DNA of 64,000 nucleotides from Candidatus Woesearchaeota archaeon (GCA_019323515.1 JAHWHG010000007.1:148603-212602), one strand, 5' to 3'. Positions 48,307 through 58,773 are shown, numbered from the stretch's first letter. Made by a program: numbers and translations. Notes: generated by a model from the sequence alone, not told the origin.

Positions 48307-48831
48307 ATGGTCAAACTATTTAGATGTAAGATCTGCGGCGACCCATACATCGGCGCAGAAAAACCAACCAGGTGCCCGCACTGCGGAGCATACGAAAAGT
48401 TCCTGGTTGAAGCAAACGAATACAACGAGACATTTGATGTTGAACTGAATGAAAAGGACAAGGCAAATGCAGAAAAAGCACTAGAGCTAGAGATAGGGAA
48501 CGCAGAATTCTATTTCTGTGCATCAAGAAAAGCAGAAGATGAAGAAATAAAAAACCTTTTCAAGGCACTTGCAAAGGTAGAAGCTGAGCACGCTTCAATC
48601 TGGAAAAAGATTCTTAAGCTCGAAAAGGTTGATATCTCAAAAGAATCAGATGAATGCTCTACATTAAACAAGGAAAACCTTCAAGAATCACATGATAGGG
48701 AAGACAGGGCTATTAAATTCTACAGCCAAGCTGCCCAAGAATCTGAAAACGATAGAGTCAGGCAAATCTTCGGAGCAATTGTCCAAGTTGAGCAGGACCA
48801 TCTTAAATTGTCAGAAGAGAGATTAAAATGA
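48307..48831 (+). CDS. Reverse rubrerythrin (N-terminal rubredoxin plus ferritin-like domain)
   Basis: FRCKICG...CPHCGA, EAEH, EQDH; SD GGGGTGA before ATG 48307. Confidence 0.88.
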   Translation: MVKLFRCKICGDPYIGAEKPTRCPHCGAYEKFLVEANEYNETFDVELNEKDKANAEKALELEIGNAEFYFCASRKAEDEEIKNLFKALAKVEAEHASIWKKILKLEKVDISKESDECSTLNKENLQESHDREDRAIKFYSQAAQESENDRVRQIFGAIVQVEQDHLKLSEERLK

Positions 48832-49205
48832 CAAAACTGAATGAAGTCTACAAGTGCAATGTCTGCGGCAACATAGTACAAATGATACATGCAAGCGCAG
48901 GGCAACTTGTCTGCTGCAATCAGCCCATGGAACTTCAAACAGAAAAAACAGAAGATGAAGGAAACGAGAAACATGTTCCAATAATAGAAAAGATCGAAAC
49001 AGGATTCAAAGTTAAAGTTGGCTCAATTCCACATCCAATGGAAGAATCTCACCATATTGAATGGATTGAGCTGATAGCAGACAACAAAAGCTACAGGAAG
49101 TTTCTTGAACCTGGCAATCCTGCTGAGGCAGAGTTCTGTATCCAAGCAGAGACAGTGACAGCAAGGGAATTCTGCAATCTTCACGGACTTTGGAAGTCCA
49201 AATAA
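48828..49205 (+). CDS. Desulfoferrodoxin / superoxide reductase
   Basis: [37 protein letters not shown]. Confidence 0.96.
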   Translation: MTKLNEVYKCNVCGNIVQMIHASAGQLVCCNQPMELQTEKTEDEGNEKHVPIIEKIETGFKVKVGSIPHPMEESHHIEWIELIADNKSYRKFLEPGNPAEAEFCIQAETVTAREFCNLHGLWKSK

Positions 49206-49251
49206 TTTTTTTTTCTTTTACGAAAAGTAATACTCTAAACTTACAGCTAAC

Positions 49252-49878
49252 ATGAAAAGCCTAATAAGAAAGATAAATGCTCTCAGAAAGACTGAGATTA
49301 AGAAAAGAATAGACTCAAGACTAAAAGAATTCGAATCATTTAAAGTTAAGAATAACAAAGCATGGTTTTCAGAACTCTGTTTCTGTATCCTCACTGCAAA
49401 TTCAAAAGCAAAGACAGCAATTGCTATCCAAAAAGAGTTAGGGATAAAAGGATTCTGCTCAGGATGCGCAGCTGATGTAAAGGCCTGTATTATAAAGAAT
49501 AAACATCGCTTTCACAACAATAAGACCTCATACATAATCCAAGCAAGAGAGCACCTTAACATAAAATCAAAGCTTAAGTCAAAAAGCGAATTTGAAGCAA
49601 GGGAATGGCTTGCCTCCAATATAAAAGGCTTAGGTTTTAAGGAGGCTTCACATTTCTTAAGGAACATAGGTTACAAGAACTTAGCAATTGTAGATCGCCA
49701 CATAATTAACCTGCTTGTAGAAAATAAACTATTAAAAGAAAAACCAAAAACAATAACAAAAAAACTATACCTAAACATTGAAAAAATCCTCCTAAGACTA
49801 TGTGACAAGCTAAATATGTCACAAGCAGAACTTGACATGTACATGTGGTACCTTAAAACAGGAGAAGTCTTGAAATAA
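49252..49878 (+). CDS. ogg: 8-oxoguanine DNA glycosylase/lyase (Ogg2 type)
   Basis: ELCFCILTAN, HRFHNNK, IKGLGFKEASHFLRNIG, AIVDRH, MWYLKTGEVLK. Confidence 0.93.
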   Translation: MKSLIRKINALRKTEIKKRIDSRLKEFESFKVKNNKAWFSELCFCILTANSKAKTAIAIQKELGIKGFCSGCAADVKACIIKNKHRFHNNKTSYIIQAREHLNIKSKLKSKSEFEAREWLASNIKGLGFKEASHFLRNIGYKNLAIVDRHIINLLVENKLLKEKPKTITKKLYLNIEKILLRLCDKLNMSQAELDMYMWYLKTGEVLK

Positions 49879-49949
49879 CCTCACTTTCTTTATAAATAAT
49901 CACAAATTTTATATAGTTGAATAAACAAATAATACTTGGGGTGTAACTA

Positions 49950-50042
49950 ATGGATGAAAGACAAGAATGCCCATTCTGCGGCGCTATTCTTGATGATGGA
50001 GACGAATCCTGCGAAGAATGTGGAGCTAACTTAGAAGACTGA
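49950..50042 (+). CDS. 30-aa zinc-ribbon microprotein (not in ORF track)
   Basis: MDERQECPFCGAILDDGDESCEECGANLED; CPxCG...CxxCG, SD GGGGTG, upstream TATA TTTTATATAG. Confidence 0.75.
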   Translation: MDERQECPFCGAILDDGDESCEECGANLED

Positions 50043-50092
50043 ATATTCAAGTTCCAAAATCTTTAAATAAACACAACTGGTTCTTAGAATTT

Positions 50093-51034
50093 ATGATAAC
50101 TAACGAAAAACGATTAGATTTAGAAAAGCAGGGTTATAGGGTTGTTGGCAACCACAGCGCTATCAAAGTATGTGAATGGACAAAAAAATCAATTCGTGGC
50201 ACAGATGTTTGTTACAAGTGCAAATTCTATGGTATCAATACCTGGCAGTGTGTACAGATGACACCTGCACTCCCAGTATGCAATCAAAGATGTTTATGGT
50301 GTTGGCGGGATATCAATTTCACCAAAAAAGACTGGCAAGGACCTATCGATTCACCTAAAGATATAGTTGATGGGTGCATAAGGGAACATGTAAAATATCT
50401 CCAAGGCTTTGGAGGGAACCAAGAAAAAGATGAAGAACGTTTTGTTAAATCACTAAAACCATTACATTTTGCGATTTCACTTTCTGGAGAACCAACCTTC
50501 TACCCAAAACTCCCAGAACTGATAGATGAAATCAATTCAAGAGGCATGACAACGTTTCTGGTGACTAACGGCACAAACCCTGAAATGTTAAAAAGGATAA
50601 TCAATCACCAACCAACCCAGTTGTATCTTACACTCCCAGCACCAGATGAAGAAACATACAAAAAAGCGTGCAATCCTTTAGATATTGAAAACTGGAAGAA
50701 CATACATAAATCACTTATGCTTTTAAAAAATTTTAAGAGATCAGTTATACGTCTTACGCTTGTAAAAGGCATTAACATGATAAAGCCTGAGAAATATGCT
50801 GAGCTTTTCAAACAACACGATGCCGACTATATAGAATGCAAAGCATATGTCTGGGTAGGTTATTCAAGAGAACGCCTTGCAATCGAAAACATGCCAAGAC
50901 ACAACGAGATTATAGAATTTGCAAAAGAAATCATTAAACACTATCCAGAACTAAAGATAATCGATGAAAAAAAAGAAAGCAGGGTAGTTCTTTTGTCAAA
51001 AGCAGATAAGGAAGATAGAGTAATGAAATTCTAA
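50093..51034 (+). CDS. taw1: 4-demethylwyosine synthase (Taw1/TYW1 radical SAM)
   Basis: HSAIKVCEWTKK, CYKCKFYGI, CNQRCLWCWR, HFAISLSGEPT, VTNGT, ECKAY. Confidence 0.95.
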   Translation: MITNEKRLDLEKQGYRVVGNHSAIKVCEWTKKSIRGTDVCYKCKFYGINTWQCVQMTPALPVCNQRCLWCWRDINFTKKDWQGPIDSPKDIVDGCIREHVKYLQGFGGNQEKDEERFVKSLKPLHFAISLSGEPTFYPKLPELIDEINSRGMTTFLVTNGTNPEMLKRIINHQPTQLYLTLPAPDEETYKKACNPLDIENWKNIHKSLMLLKNFKRSVIRLTLVKGINMIKPEKYAELFKQHDADYIECKAYVWVGYSRERLAIENMPRHNEIIEFAKEIIKHYPELKIIDEKKESRVVLLSKADKEDRVMKF

Positions 51035-51056
51035 ATAATACACTTAGCAAATCTGT

Positions 51057-51665
51057 TCAAAATTCAATAATTGTTCCAACTGGACCAAGATTTACCATTA
51101 CAGTCTCTCCTAACTTTTCAATAGCGCCATGAGCTTCATGTATATGGCCTGAAAGAGCATACGAAGGATGATACAGTTTAATGAAAGATTTAATTGATTT
51201 ATTTCCAACATGACTTTTACCAATTTTATCAAGTTTTGTATCTTTAGGAGGTGCATGCGTCACTAATACAGAATCCTCATGCTTCTTTAGAACCTTTACA
51301 ATTTTTTTTGAAAACTTTTCAAAACTAGGATCAACATCAGAAAAACCTCCCCCTCCCCAACCAAATATTAGGACTCCTTCAAAGATTTTATATTTTCCAT
51401 GGATATTTATAATATTTTTATACTTCTTCTCAACCTCCTTGATATCAGAAAGCATCTCATGATTACCATGAATCACAAATACAGGCTTCTTTATCTTACC
51501 AAGCTTCTTGAAAACAAAACTAAGATTACTACCAAAGTCAGAAAAATCACCTGCAGAGATAACTGCAGAAATATCATCTTTGTTAGCCCTCTCCACAAGC
51601 TTATCAATCAGTTTAGATATAAAAGCCTTGTCTCCATGGATATCTGAAAAACATAAGATCTTCAT
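51057..51665 (-). CDS. Calcineurin-like metallophosphoesterase
   Basis: SDIHG, AGDF, HGNHE, VTHAPP, SGHIHE. Confidence 0.92.
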   Translation of the reverse strand: MKILCFSDIHGDKAFISKLIDKLVERANKDDISAVISAGDFSDFGSNLSFVFKKLGKIKKPVFVIHGNHEMLSDIKEVEKKYKNIINIHGKYKIFEGVLIFGWGGGGFSDVDPSFEKFSKKIVKVLKKHEDSVLVTHAPPKDTKLDKIGKSHVGNKSIKSFIKLYHPSYALSGHIHEAHGAIEKLGETVMVNLGPVGTIIEF

Positions 51666-51719
51666 GTTGAAAATAGAAACTTAACAATTTTATAAACTTT
51701 ACTACAAGGACTCATCTAA

Positions 51720-52808
51720 CTACATAACTTCATAATAATCTTCAAGTATAATCTTATCCAAATTATCTGTATCCTTTACTATATACAACCTACCATCTCC
51801 TAACTCTACAATCTTTTTTGCAAGTTCCTCGCCTTTCTTATCAAGACTTATTCCTATCAAGGATATTGAGATACCAGCTGACACTGCCTCGGAAACTGAC
51901 TTCAAGGTTTCTTCTGAAGTTCCAACTGTTTGGATTGCATCAGTTAACAATATTAAATGCTTAGTCACTTCATCTGAAGGAAACATTGTTATAGCTTCAT
52001 CAATAACTGATATGATATTCGTCTCACCGCTAGCTCTCTGCATTGCCATAACGTGCAGCAAACCTACAAAATCATCAGTAGGCATCAGAGTGTCCTTAAC
52101 CTCGCTTCCAAAGACTATTAACCCTACTTTATCCTTATTCTCAACAGCCTTAAATGCAAGAGCAATCCCTGCCTTCTTTGCAGTCTCAAGCTTATTACCT
52201 TTCATTGAACCAGAGATATCCATTGCATATACGATGTAAACAAGCCCTTTGCTCTGTCGCTCAAATACCTTAAGATCTGCATCCATTAAAATATCATGTG
52301 ACCTCTTAATTGCAGTCTTCACACTCCTCCTAATTGCAATATCCCTATATCTGTCACCTTTCTTAAAATCCTTAATTTCACCTTTTCCACCATAATGTGA
52401 AACCTTCTGATGAATTCTCTCTCCTGAGATACCCTTAGGAACTATATTATCCAACTCTTGAATGTACAGGGAAATAGCAGCTAAATCATAACCCTTATCA
52501 ACAACAATACCCTCCTCATCCAATAACTTCAAATCCTTTAACTTTTGAATGTTTTGTTCAATCCTTTTCTTAAGTTCCCTCTGAAACTCAGGGATTTTGA
52601 TATTCCTCTCAACATAACCTGGCTCATATCCTGAAACAAACCTAATTATTTTTTCTCCAAACAACCTTTCAGCATTCTTATAATCCTTTACAAGTTGTTC
52701 GAACATTAAGTCAGGTGTAAAGGAACCTATCCCATAATTAATAGAATCATTGATAACTTCACCACTTTCAACAGCATCCTTATCATTTTCAAGTACAGAA
52801 TGCATCAA
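51720..52808 (-). CDS. VWA-domain protein (ChlD-like partner of the AAA+ ATPase); start uncertain
   Basis: MIDAS DISGSM, GETNI, LLTD; directly downstream of the AAA+ gene. Confidence 0.85.
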   Translation of the reverse strand: MMHSVLENDKDAVESGEVINDSINYGIGSFTPDLMFEQLVKDYKNAERLFGEKIIRFVSGYEPGYVERNIKIPEFQRELKKRIEQNIQKLKDLKLLDEEGIVVDKGYDLAAISLYIQELDNIVPKGISGERIHQKVSHYGGKGEIKDFKKGDRYRDIAIRRSVKTAIKRSHDILMDADLKVFERQSKGLVYIVYAMDISGSMKGNKLETAKKAGIALAFKAVENKDKVGLIVFGSEVKDTLMPTDDFVGLLHVMAMQRASGETNIISVIDEAITMFPSDEVTKHLILLTDAIQTVGTSEETLKSVSEAVSAGISISLIGISLDKKGEELAKKIVELGDGRLYIVKDTDNLDKIILEDYYEVM

Positions 52809-52884
52809 GGCTTCATCATCAGCTATGCTAAGCTTACCAGAAATCTCATCAATTGGAGAAAAGCTTGAAACTTCTACATGAGTA

Positions 52885-53976
52885 TCAGGGAACTTTACCT
52901 TCTTTCTCCCCTAGTTCTTTACTAAGTTCTCTGCCATAATTACTATTCATCAAAGACTCAAACTCTTCTTTTATAAACTCAGCAGGAGACTTAAGATACT
53001 TAACACTCGGCTTCAAAGAAATCCTATGTGCTAAAACAGAAACCAACACGTCCTTAACATCACTGAAAACAACAGATTTCCTATTATTCAAAAGTGCATT
53101 GCTCTGGCTCCTGTCATAAAGTCCAAGTGATGCCCTAACTGAGGGCTTTTTTTCTAAATCCTTGCTCTCCCTCAACAACCTAACAAAGTATACTATAAAA
53201 TCCAAAAGATTTTCAGGCATATTTACTAAATCCTGTCCATTTTTAATAACTATTTCCTTTTCAATATCAATACTCTCAGGGTAACCCATGTAAACAACAT
53301 CAAATCTATCAAGTAGCACATCAGAAAGTTTTTCAGTTGAAGAATCCTCAGGGTTCATAGTAGCTATGAATATAAAGTCTGAAGGGATATCAACATCATA
53401 ACTTCCTATCGTAGCCTTACGTTCCTGCAGAACCTGTAACAAAGCATTCTGAAGCTTCTCAGGACATCTGTTAAGTTCATCAAAAAATAGTATCCCATTA
53501 TTCGCTTTAAAAATCTTGCCAGGAGTAAAAGCCTCAAAACTTAAAGGTCCAAACTTAAGGGCCTTAATTGGATCAATATCGCCTATAAGATCCTCAACTG
53601 TAAGGTCTGGACTACCCTGTACCCTTACAAACCTCTGAGAACCACTCACTTTAACTTTCTTCAAGTTCTTATGCAACTTACACTCAGGACATACAGGGTT
53701 TGATGCTAGACAATGAAAGTTACAACCCTCAACAACCTCAACATCAGGTAAAATACTTGAAAGGTTACGTGCAAGGGTAGTCTTCCCAACACCCGGAGGA
53801 CCTACTATTATAATATGCCTATCCACCAACAAGGCAGACTTTACTTGTTCCTTAACAAGGTTTTGCCCAATTATATTATTAAAAACGTCCTTTCCTATTA
53901 GGAAGATTTTCAATTTATCAGTCATGTTAGATTTAGGATTAAGTTTAGGGTCCAGTTTTGATTTAGATTTTGCCAT
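52885..53976 (-). CDS. MoxR/ChlI-like AAA+ ATPase
   Basis: GPPGVGKTT, VQGSPDLT, GILFFDELNR, ATMNP, LLDRF. Confidence 0.88.
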   Translation of the reverse strand: MAKSKSKLDPKLNPKSNMTDKLKIFLIGKDVFNNIIGQNLVKEQVKSALLVDRHIIIVGPPGVGKTTLARNLSSILPDVEVVEGCNFHCLASNPVCPECKLHKNLKKVKVSGSQRFVRVQGSPDLTVEDLIGDIDPIKALKFGPLSFEAFTPGKIFKANNGILFFDELNRCPEKLQNALLQVLQERKATIGSYDVDIPSDFIFIATMNPEDSSTEKLSDVLLDRFDVVYMGYPESIDIEKEIVIKNGQDLVNMPENLLDFIVYFVRLLRESKDLEKKPSVRASLGLYDRSQSNALLNNRKSVVFSDVKDVLVSVLAHRISLKPSVKYLKSPAEFIKEEFESLMNSNYGRELSKELGEKEGKVP

Positions 53977-54169
53977 GGTAAACCATATTGTATGCCAAGG
54001 ATTTATAAAGGTTATGTACGAAAATTTACTCGACAAATACAAGAATACAAAAATTTATAAAGCTAAACATCTTAATAATTTATAGGAAACACTGATTCTA
54101 ACAGCAATTCTAATAATTCCTTACTACAATACAATAAAACATATATAATAATAGGACATCCAACGTATC

Positions 54170-54340
54170 ATGCCACAAAAAGAATACAAAATCACAAGAC
54201 AGATTGTATACTTAAGCAAAGAAGATAGAAAATTAGTACGACAAATAATAAAATGGCTAAAGTTCTTTCCAATTATGTATCTGGTGTTATGGATATTGAT
54301 GTGCCTTACTTTATTCTCACTTATGTGGATCCTGTTCTAA
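54170..54340 (+). CDS. Putative 56-aa single-pass membrane protein (not in ORF track)
   Basis: MPQKEYKITRQIVYLSKEDRKLVRQIIKWLKFFPIMYLVLWILMCLTLFSLMWILF; TATA-like CATATATAAT at 54140-54149. Confidence 0.6.
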   Translation: MPQKEYKITRQIVYLSKEDRKLVRQIIKWLKFFPIMYLVLWILMCLTLFSLMWILF

Positions 54341-54344
54341 AGAC

Positions 54345-54701
54345 TTACTTTTTCTTTTTCCTTGCTTTAGCTTTTCTATGGACCTTTCTTGCTTTTTTCT
54401 TTGCAACCTTTCTCTTTATTTTCTTCTTAGCTTTATTCTTGACCTTTTTCTTCACGATCTTAGCTTTCCCATAAGCTTTCTTCAGTGCTTTCTTTACCTC
54501 AACATCAACCATAGACATTACTTTTTTCTCAGCTTTCTTTGCTTCAGCAATTATATTGCTAGCCAACTTCTTACCTTCAGCAACATTCATATAACCCTCG
54601 TTCTGAAGCCTTGCTATAGCCTTCTCTGCTTTCTCTTTAGTCAAAGCACCAAAACCAATACCAACCAAAACAGTCTTTTTAATTAAATCTCTTTTTTTCA
54701 T
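54345..54701 (-). CDS. Phasin-like (PHA-granule-associated family) protein with a Lys/Ala-rich tail
   Basis: LIKKTVLVGIGFGALTKEKAEK...EG.MNVAEGKKL; basic tail; co-directional with the ABC1 kinase. Confidence 0.7.
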   Translation of the reverse strand: MKKRDLIKKTVLVGIGFGALTKEKAEKAIARLQNEGYMNVAEGKKLASNIIAEAKKAEKKVMSMVDVEVKKALKKAYGKAKIVKKKVKNKAKKKIKRKVAKKKARKVHRKAKARKKKK

Positions 54702-54705
54702 TTAA

Positions 54706-56382
54706 TCACCTCTTAACAAAAATTGTCCTTATCAAAACCCAAATCCCAAAAATTGCAGCAATACAAAAACCAATCGTTGGGATTAATGGAAGACCATACG
54801 CAACCGGTTGATCAGGCACTTGTAGAACTAAAGCTGAACCAACCACCATAGCTGCACAAATCATGCCAATTGCAAGATTTCCTGATGACTTCTCCATCTC
54901 AAGAGTCAGATTCTTAACATCAGCATCCTCAATATCTACCCCAATCTTACCCCTACTTAGAATATCTAATAACTTAGTTGTTTTATCAGGGACAGATGAA
55001 AAAAGATTAGCATAAGCCTCGATATCACTCTTAACTTTCCTTTTAATAGATTTCAAGCTATATTGTTTACGTATGATTTGTTTAATCCTAGGCCTAGCCA
55101 AACTAACTAATTTATAATCTGGACTATACTTTAGCGCAAGACCCTCAAGAGTAATAAGCGTTTTTCCAAACAAAACATAATCAACAGGTACGTGGATGCT
55201 ATACTTAGAAGCAAGATGAATTGCATTCTCGATAATCAGGCTTATCTCAACATCCCTTATGTTAGTGAAGGCAATCGGCTGAAATAAATCTCGAACTTCC
55301 TCTCTAAATCTGTGCATGTCAACATCATGCGACATTCCAAATTGCTCAAAAACTTTAACAGCCCTATCTGGATCATTATTGATTATACTTAACAAGAAAT
55401 CCAAAGAATTTCTTCTAAGCTTCTCATCAAAATAACCAACAATTCCAAAATCCAGAAGTGCAATCTTACCATTCTTAAGCAGCAGTATATTCCCCGGATG
55501 AGGATCAGCATGAAAAAAACCATCTTCAAATATCTGTTTAAGTATAACGCCAAACCCATTTGTAATATACTTCTTAACATTCTTGTAACGTTTCTTAACA
55601 AAGTTTACATCACTTAAAGGAACTCCGGCTATGAAATCCATTACAATTATACTATCAGTCACATACTCACGATAAATCTTAGGCACAACGACATCAGGAT
55701 AACTCCTACAATTCTTCCTAAATCTCTCAGCATTAGCTGCCTCAACTCTTAACCTAAGCTCTTTCAGAGTCCATTTCTCAAATTCATCGACAACGCGCGG
55801 AATATGAAACATCTTAAGTTCATCAAAGTTTTCCTCTAAAAGCTTAGCAACAACTTTCATAAGCTTTATGTCAAGAGCCATTATCTCATCAACACCAGGC
55901 CTCTTGACCTTAACAGCAACAACCTTTCCATTCTTTAGGACAGCCTTATGGACTTGAGCAATGGATGCAGAAGCAACAGGCTTCTTATCAAAGGAGTTAA
56001 AAATGTCCCGAATAGGTTTCCCAAGTTCTCTTTTTATAATTTCATCAACTTGACTGAAAGAAAAACTAGGGACCTTATCCTGCATCTTTTCAAACTCAAG
56101 AACATAATCATAAGGTATCAAATCAGGTCTTAAGGAAAGAATCTGACCAAACTTTACAAAAGTCGGACCAAGTCTCTCAAAAGCTCTCCTCAATCTAACT
56201 GCAGTATTATTACTTCTCTTATACACCTTAAGTTGGATCTTCCTATGAAAAGGCAAATGTTTGCTAAGCTTAATAGCATCAATAAAGTAACCAAAACCTT
56301 CCTCTAAGAAAACAACTAATATCTCCTCAAGTCTTTTCAAATCTCTAAAATTACGGATAACGCTATTTACAGACATATTCAA
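54706..56382 (-). CDS. ABC1/UbiB (AarF) atypical kinase
   Basis: LGPTFVKFGQILS, ASASIAQVH, VKVKRPG, FHADPHPGN, LLDFG; C-terminal TMs. Confidence 0.93.
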   Translation of the reverse strand: MNMSVNSVIRNFRDLKRLEEILVVFLEEGFGYFIDAIKLSKHLPFHRKIQLKVYKRSNNTAVRLRRAFERLGPTFVKFGQILSLRPDLIPYDYVLEFEKMQDKVPSFSFSQVDEIIKRELGKPIRDIFNSFDKKPVASASIAQVHKAVLKNGKVVAVKVKRPGVDEIMALDIKLMKVVAKLLEENFDELKMFHIPRVVDEFEKWTLKELRLRVEAANAERFRKNCRSYPDVVVPKIYREYVTDSIIVMDFIAGVPLSDVNFVKKRYKNVKKYITNGFGVILKQIFEDGFFHADPHPGNILLLKNGKIALLDFGIVGYFDEKLRRNSLDFLLSIINNDPDRAVKVFEQFGMSHDVDMHRFREEVRDLFQPIAFTNIRDVEISLIIENAIHLASKYSIHVPVDYVLFGKTLITLEGLALKYSPDYKLVSLARPRIKQIIRKQYSLKSIKRKVKSDIEAYANLFSSVPDKTTKLLDILSRGKIGVDIEDADVKNLTLEMEKSSGNLAIGMICAAMVVGSALVLQVPDQPVAYGLPLIPTIGFCIAAIFGIWVLIRTIFVKR

Positions 56383-56542
56383 CCTCTTTTACATTGAAAA
56401 ATATGCATTCACATTTATAAAGGTTACGAGTTTATCTGGCGGAATCTACCAATAATTCAAATATGATTACTAATAGAAAAGCAGGGCTTAAGAAACTAAT
56501 TAAACAAAAGCTTTTTAAAGTAACCAGCAAATTTTAAAAAAA

Positions 56543-58735
56543 ATGTCTTATGAACTAATTATTACAGAGAAACCAAAAGCAGCAAATAAGATTGCAACAG
56601 CACTTGCTGATGGAAAGCCAATCAAAAAATCAATAAACAATGTACCTTACTATGTCTTGACCCACAATAAAAAGAACATTGTCGTGGCGTGCGCAGTAGG
56701 TCACCTCTATGGGTTAACACAGAAAGGTGAAAAAAGAGTTATCCCAATATTTGAAGTCGAATGGAAACCTACTGCTGATATTTCCAAGAGCTCTAAATTC
56801 TCAAAAAAATACCTTAATGTTATCAAGAAACTATGCAAGGACGCATCTGAGTTCACAGTTGCAACAGACTATGACATCGAAGGAGAGGTCATAGGGTTAA
56901 ATGTGATAAGGTTTGCATGCAAGAAAAAAGATGCAAGGAGGATGAAATTCTCTACACTAACAAAACCTGATCTTATGAAATCATATGAAAATGTTTCAAA
57001 ACATCTTGACTGGGGCCAGGCACATGCAGGCGAGACTAGACATATTCTTGACTGGTACTATGGTATTAACACAAGTCGTGCTTTAATGCGAGCAATCAAG
57101 GCTGCAGGGATGTTTAAACTTATGTCAACTGGAAGGGTCCAAGGCCCAGCACTAAAATTGTTAGTTGATCGAGAAAAAGAAATACAAGCATTTAAATCCA
57201 CACCATATTGGCAGATTGAATTAAAAGGCAAAATAAAGAAAGACAATATTTCAGCATGGCATGAAAAGGACAAGTTCTGGAAAAAAGAGGAAGCACAAGA
57301 GATATTGAAAAAAACAAAAGGAAAACCTGCTGTTATTGACAAGGTTCAAAAGAGCACAATAAAACAGAAGCCGCCACATCCATTTGATTTGACAAGTATG
57401 CAGATAGAGGCACATAAATGCCTTAGAATATCCCCTAAAGAGACACTAGCTCTTGCACAGGAGCTTTACACATCAGGATACATTTCATATCCTAGAACTT
57501 CATCACAACAGTTACCACCAGCAATAGGTTTCAAGAGCATCCTCAATTCATTATCAAAAAACTCAAATTATAAACAACTTTGTGCAAAACTTCTAAAAAA
57601 GACTACACTTGCCCCTAACAATGGGAAAAAGACAGATGCAGCACACCCCGCAATTTATCCAACTGGCGTACTCCCGAAAGTATTGAAGGATAAGGAGGCT
57701 AAACTTTATGATCTCATTGTAAGAAGGTTCCTTGCAACCTTTGGCGAGGACGCTACAAGAGAGACAATGAAGATATTTATTGACATCAATAAAGAGATGT
57801 TTATTGCAAAGGGTACAAGGACAGTAGAGAGGGGCTGGCACGAATTCTATGGGAAGTATACTATGTTAAAGGAAGAGGAACTGCCTGAGGTAAACAAAGG
57901 GGACATTGTTGATGTTGAAAAGATCCTTATGCATGACAAAGAGACCCAGCCACCAAAAAGATACACAGAATCATCGATAATAAAAGAACTAGAAAAAAGG
58001 AACTTAGGCACAAAAGCGACAAGAGCAACAATTATCGATACTCTGTTTAATAGGGGCTATACAGAAGGAAAGCCAATTAAAGTAACAGAGTTAGGCATAA
58101 AAACAAGCGATACCCTTACGAAATATTCACCTACCATTGTTGATGAAGAACTTACAAGGAATTTCGAAACAGAAATGGAAAATATAAGAGAAAATAAATC
58201 AACTCCAGAAAAAGTTCTTGAGAAGGCAAAAAAAGCAATTACAACAATAATGGACGATTTCAAGAAACATCTTAAAGAAATTGGGAAAAATTTAATGGAA
58301 GCACAGATAGAGACAAGGGAGGAACAAAGCCATATTGGGCAATGCCCTGTATGCAAGGAAGGAACACTCCAGATAAGAAAAGGCAAGTTCGGGATGTTCA
58401 TTGCATGTAATCGGTATCCTGATTGCAAAACAACATTCAGCCTCCCTTCAGGAGCACTGATAAAAGGCACTGACAAAATATGTGAACATTGTGGCTACCC
58501 TTTGATCATGGTCATAAGAAAAGGCAAGAAACCACAAGAAATCTGCTTCAACCTAAAATGCCCTTCTAAGACACTTACAAAAGAAGAGAAAAAAGAGGTT
58601 AAAGAGATAGAATCTGGGAAACTTGAAAAGAAATGCCCTAAGTGCGGCTCTGATTTAGTTGTTAGAAGCTCGATTTATGGGAAATTCCTTGGATGTTCGA
58701 AGTACCCTAAATGCAGATATACAGAAAAATTATAA
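56543..58735 (+). CDS. topA: Type IA DNA topoisomerase with C-terminal Zn ribbons
   Basis: ITEKPKAA, ATDYDIEGE, STGRVQGP, GYISYPRT (catalytic Tyr), AHPAIYPT, C4 ribbons. Confidence 0.96.
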   Translation: MSYELIITEKPKAANKIATALADGKPIKKSINNVPYYVLTHNKKNIVVACAVGHLYGLTQKGEKRVIPIFEVEWKPTADISKSSKFSKKYLNVIKKLCKDASEFTVATDYDIEGEVIGLNVIRFACKKKDARRMKFSTLTKPDLMKSYENVSKHLDWGQAHAGETRHILDWYYGINTSRALMRAIKAAGMFKLMSTGRVQGPALKLLVDREKEIQAFKSTPYWQIELKGKIKKDNISAWHEKDKFWKKEEAQEILKKTKGKPAVIDKVQKSTIKQKPPHPFDLTSMQIEAHKCLRISPKETLALAQELYTSGYISYPRTSSQQLPPAIGFKSILNSLSKNSNYKQLCAKLLKKTTLAPNNGKKTDAAHPAIYPTGVLPKVLKDKEAKLYDLIVRRFLATFGEDATRETMKIFIDINKEMFIAKGTRTVERGWHEFYGKYTMLKEEELPEVNKGDIVDVEKILMHDKETQPPKRYTESSIIKELEKRNLGTKATRATIIDTLFNRGYTEGKPIKVTELGIKTSDTLTKYSPTIVDEELTRNFETEMENIRENKSTPEKVLEKAKKAITTIMDDFKKHLKEIGKNLMEAQIETREEQSHIGQCPVCKEGTLQIRKGKFGMFIACNRYPDCKTTFSLPSGALIKGTDKICEHCGYPLIMVIRKGKKPQEICFNLKCPSKTLTKEEKKEVKEIESGKLEKKCPKCGSDLVVRSSIYGKFLGCSKYPKCRYTEKL

Positions 58736-58773
58736 AGAATACCTACCTTTAAGTTTTTTATATTAAATTTATA

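Noticed and set aside
51720-53976. AAA+/VWA pair as a metal chelatase system
   Set aside because: No ChlH/CobN subunit in the window; generic MoxR/ChlI-VWA pairs are common.
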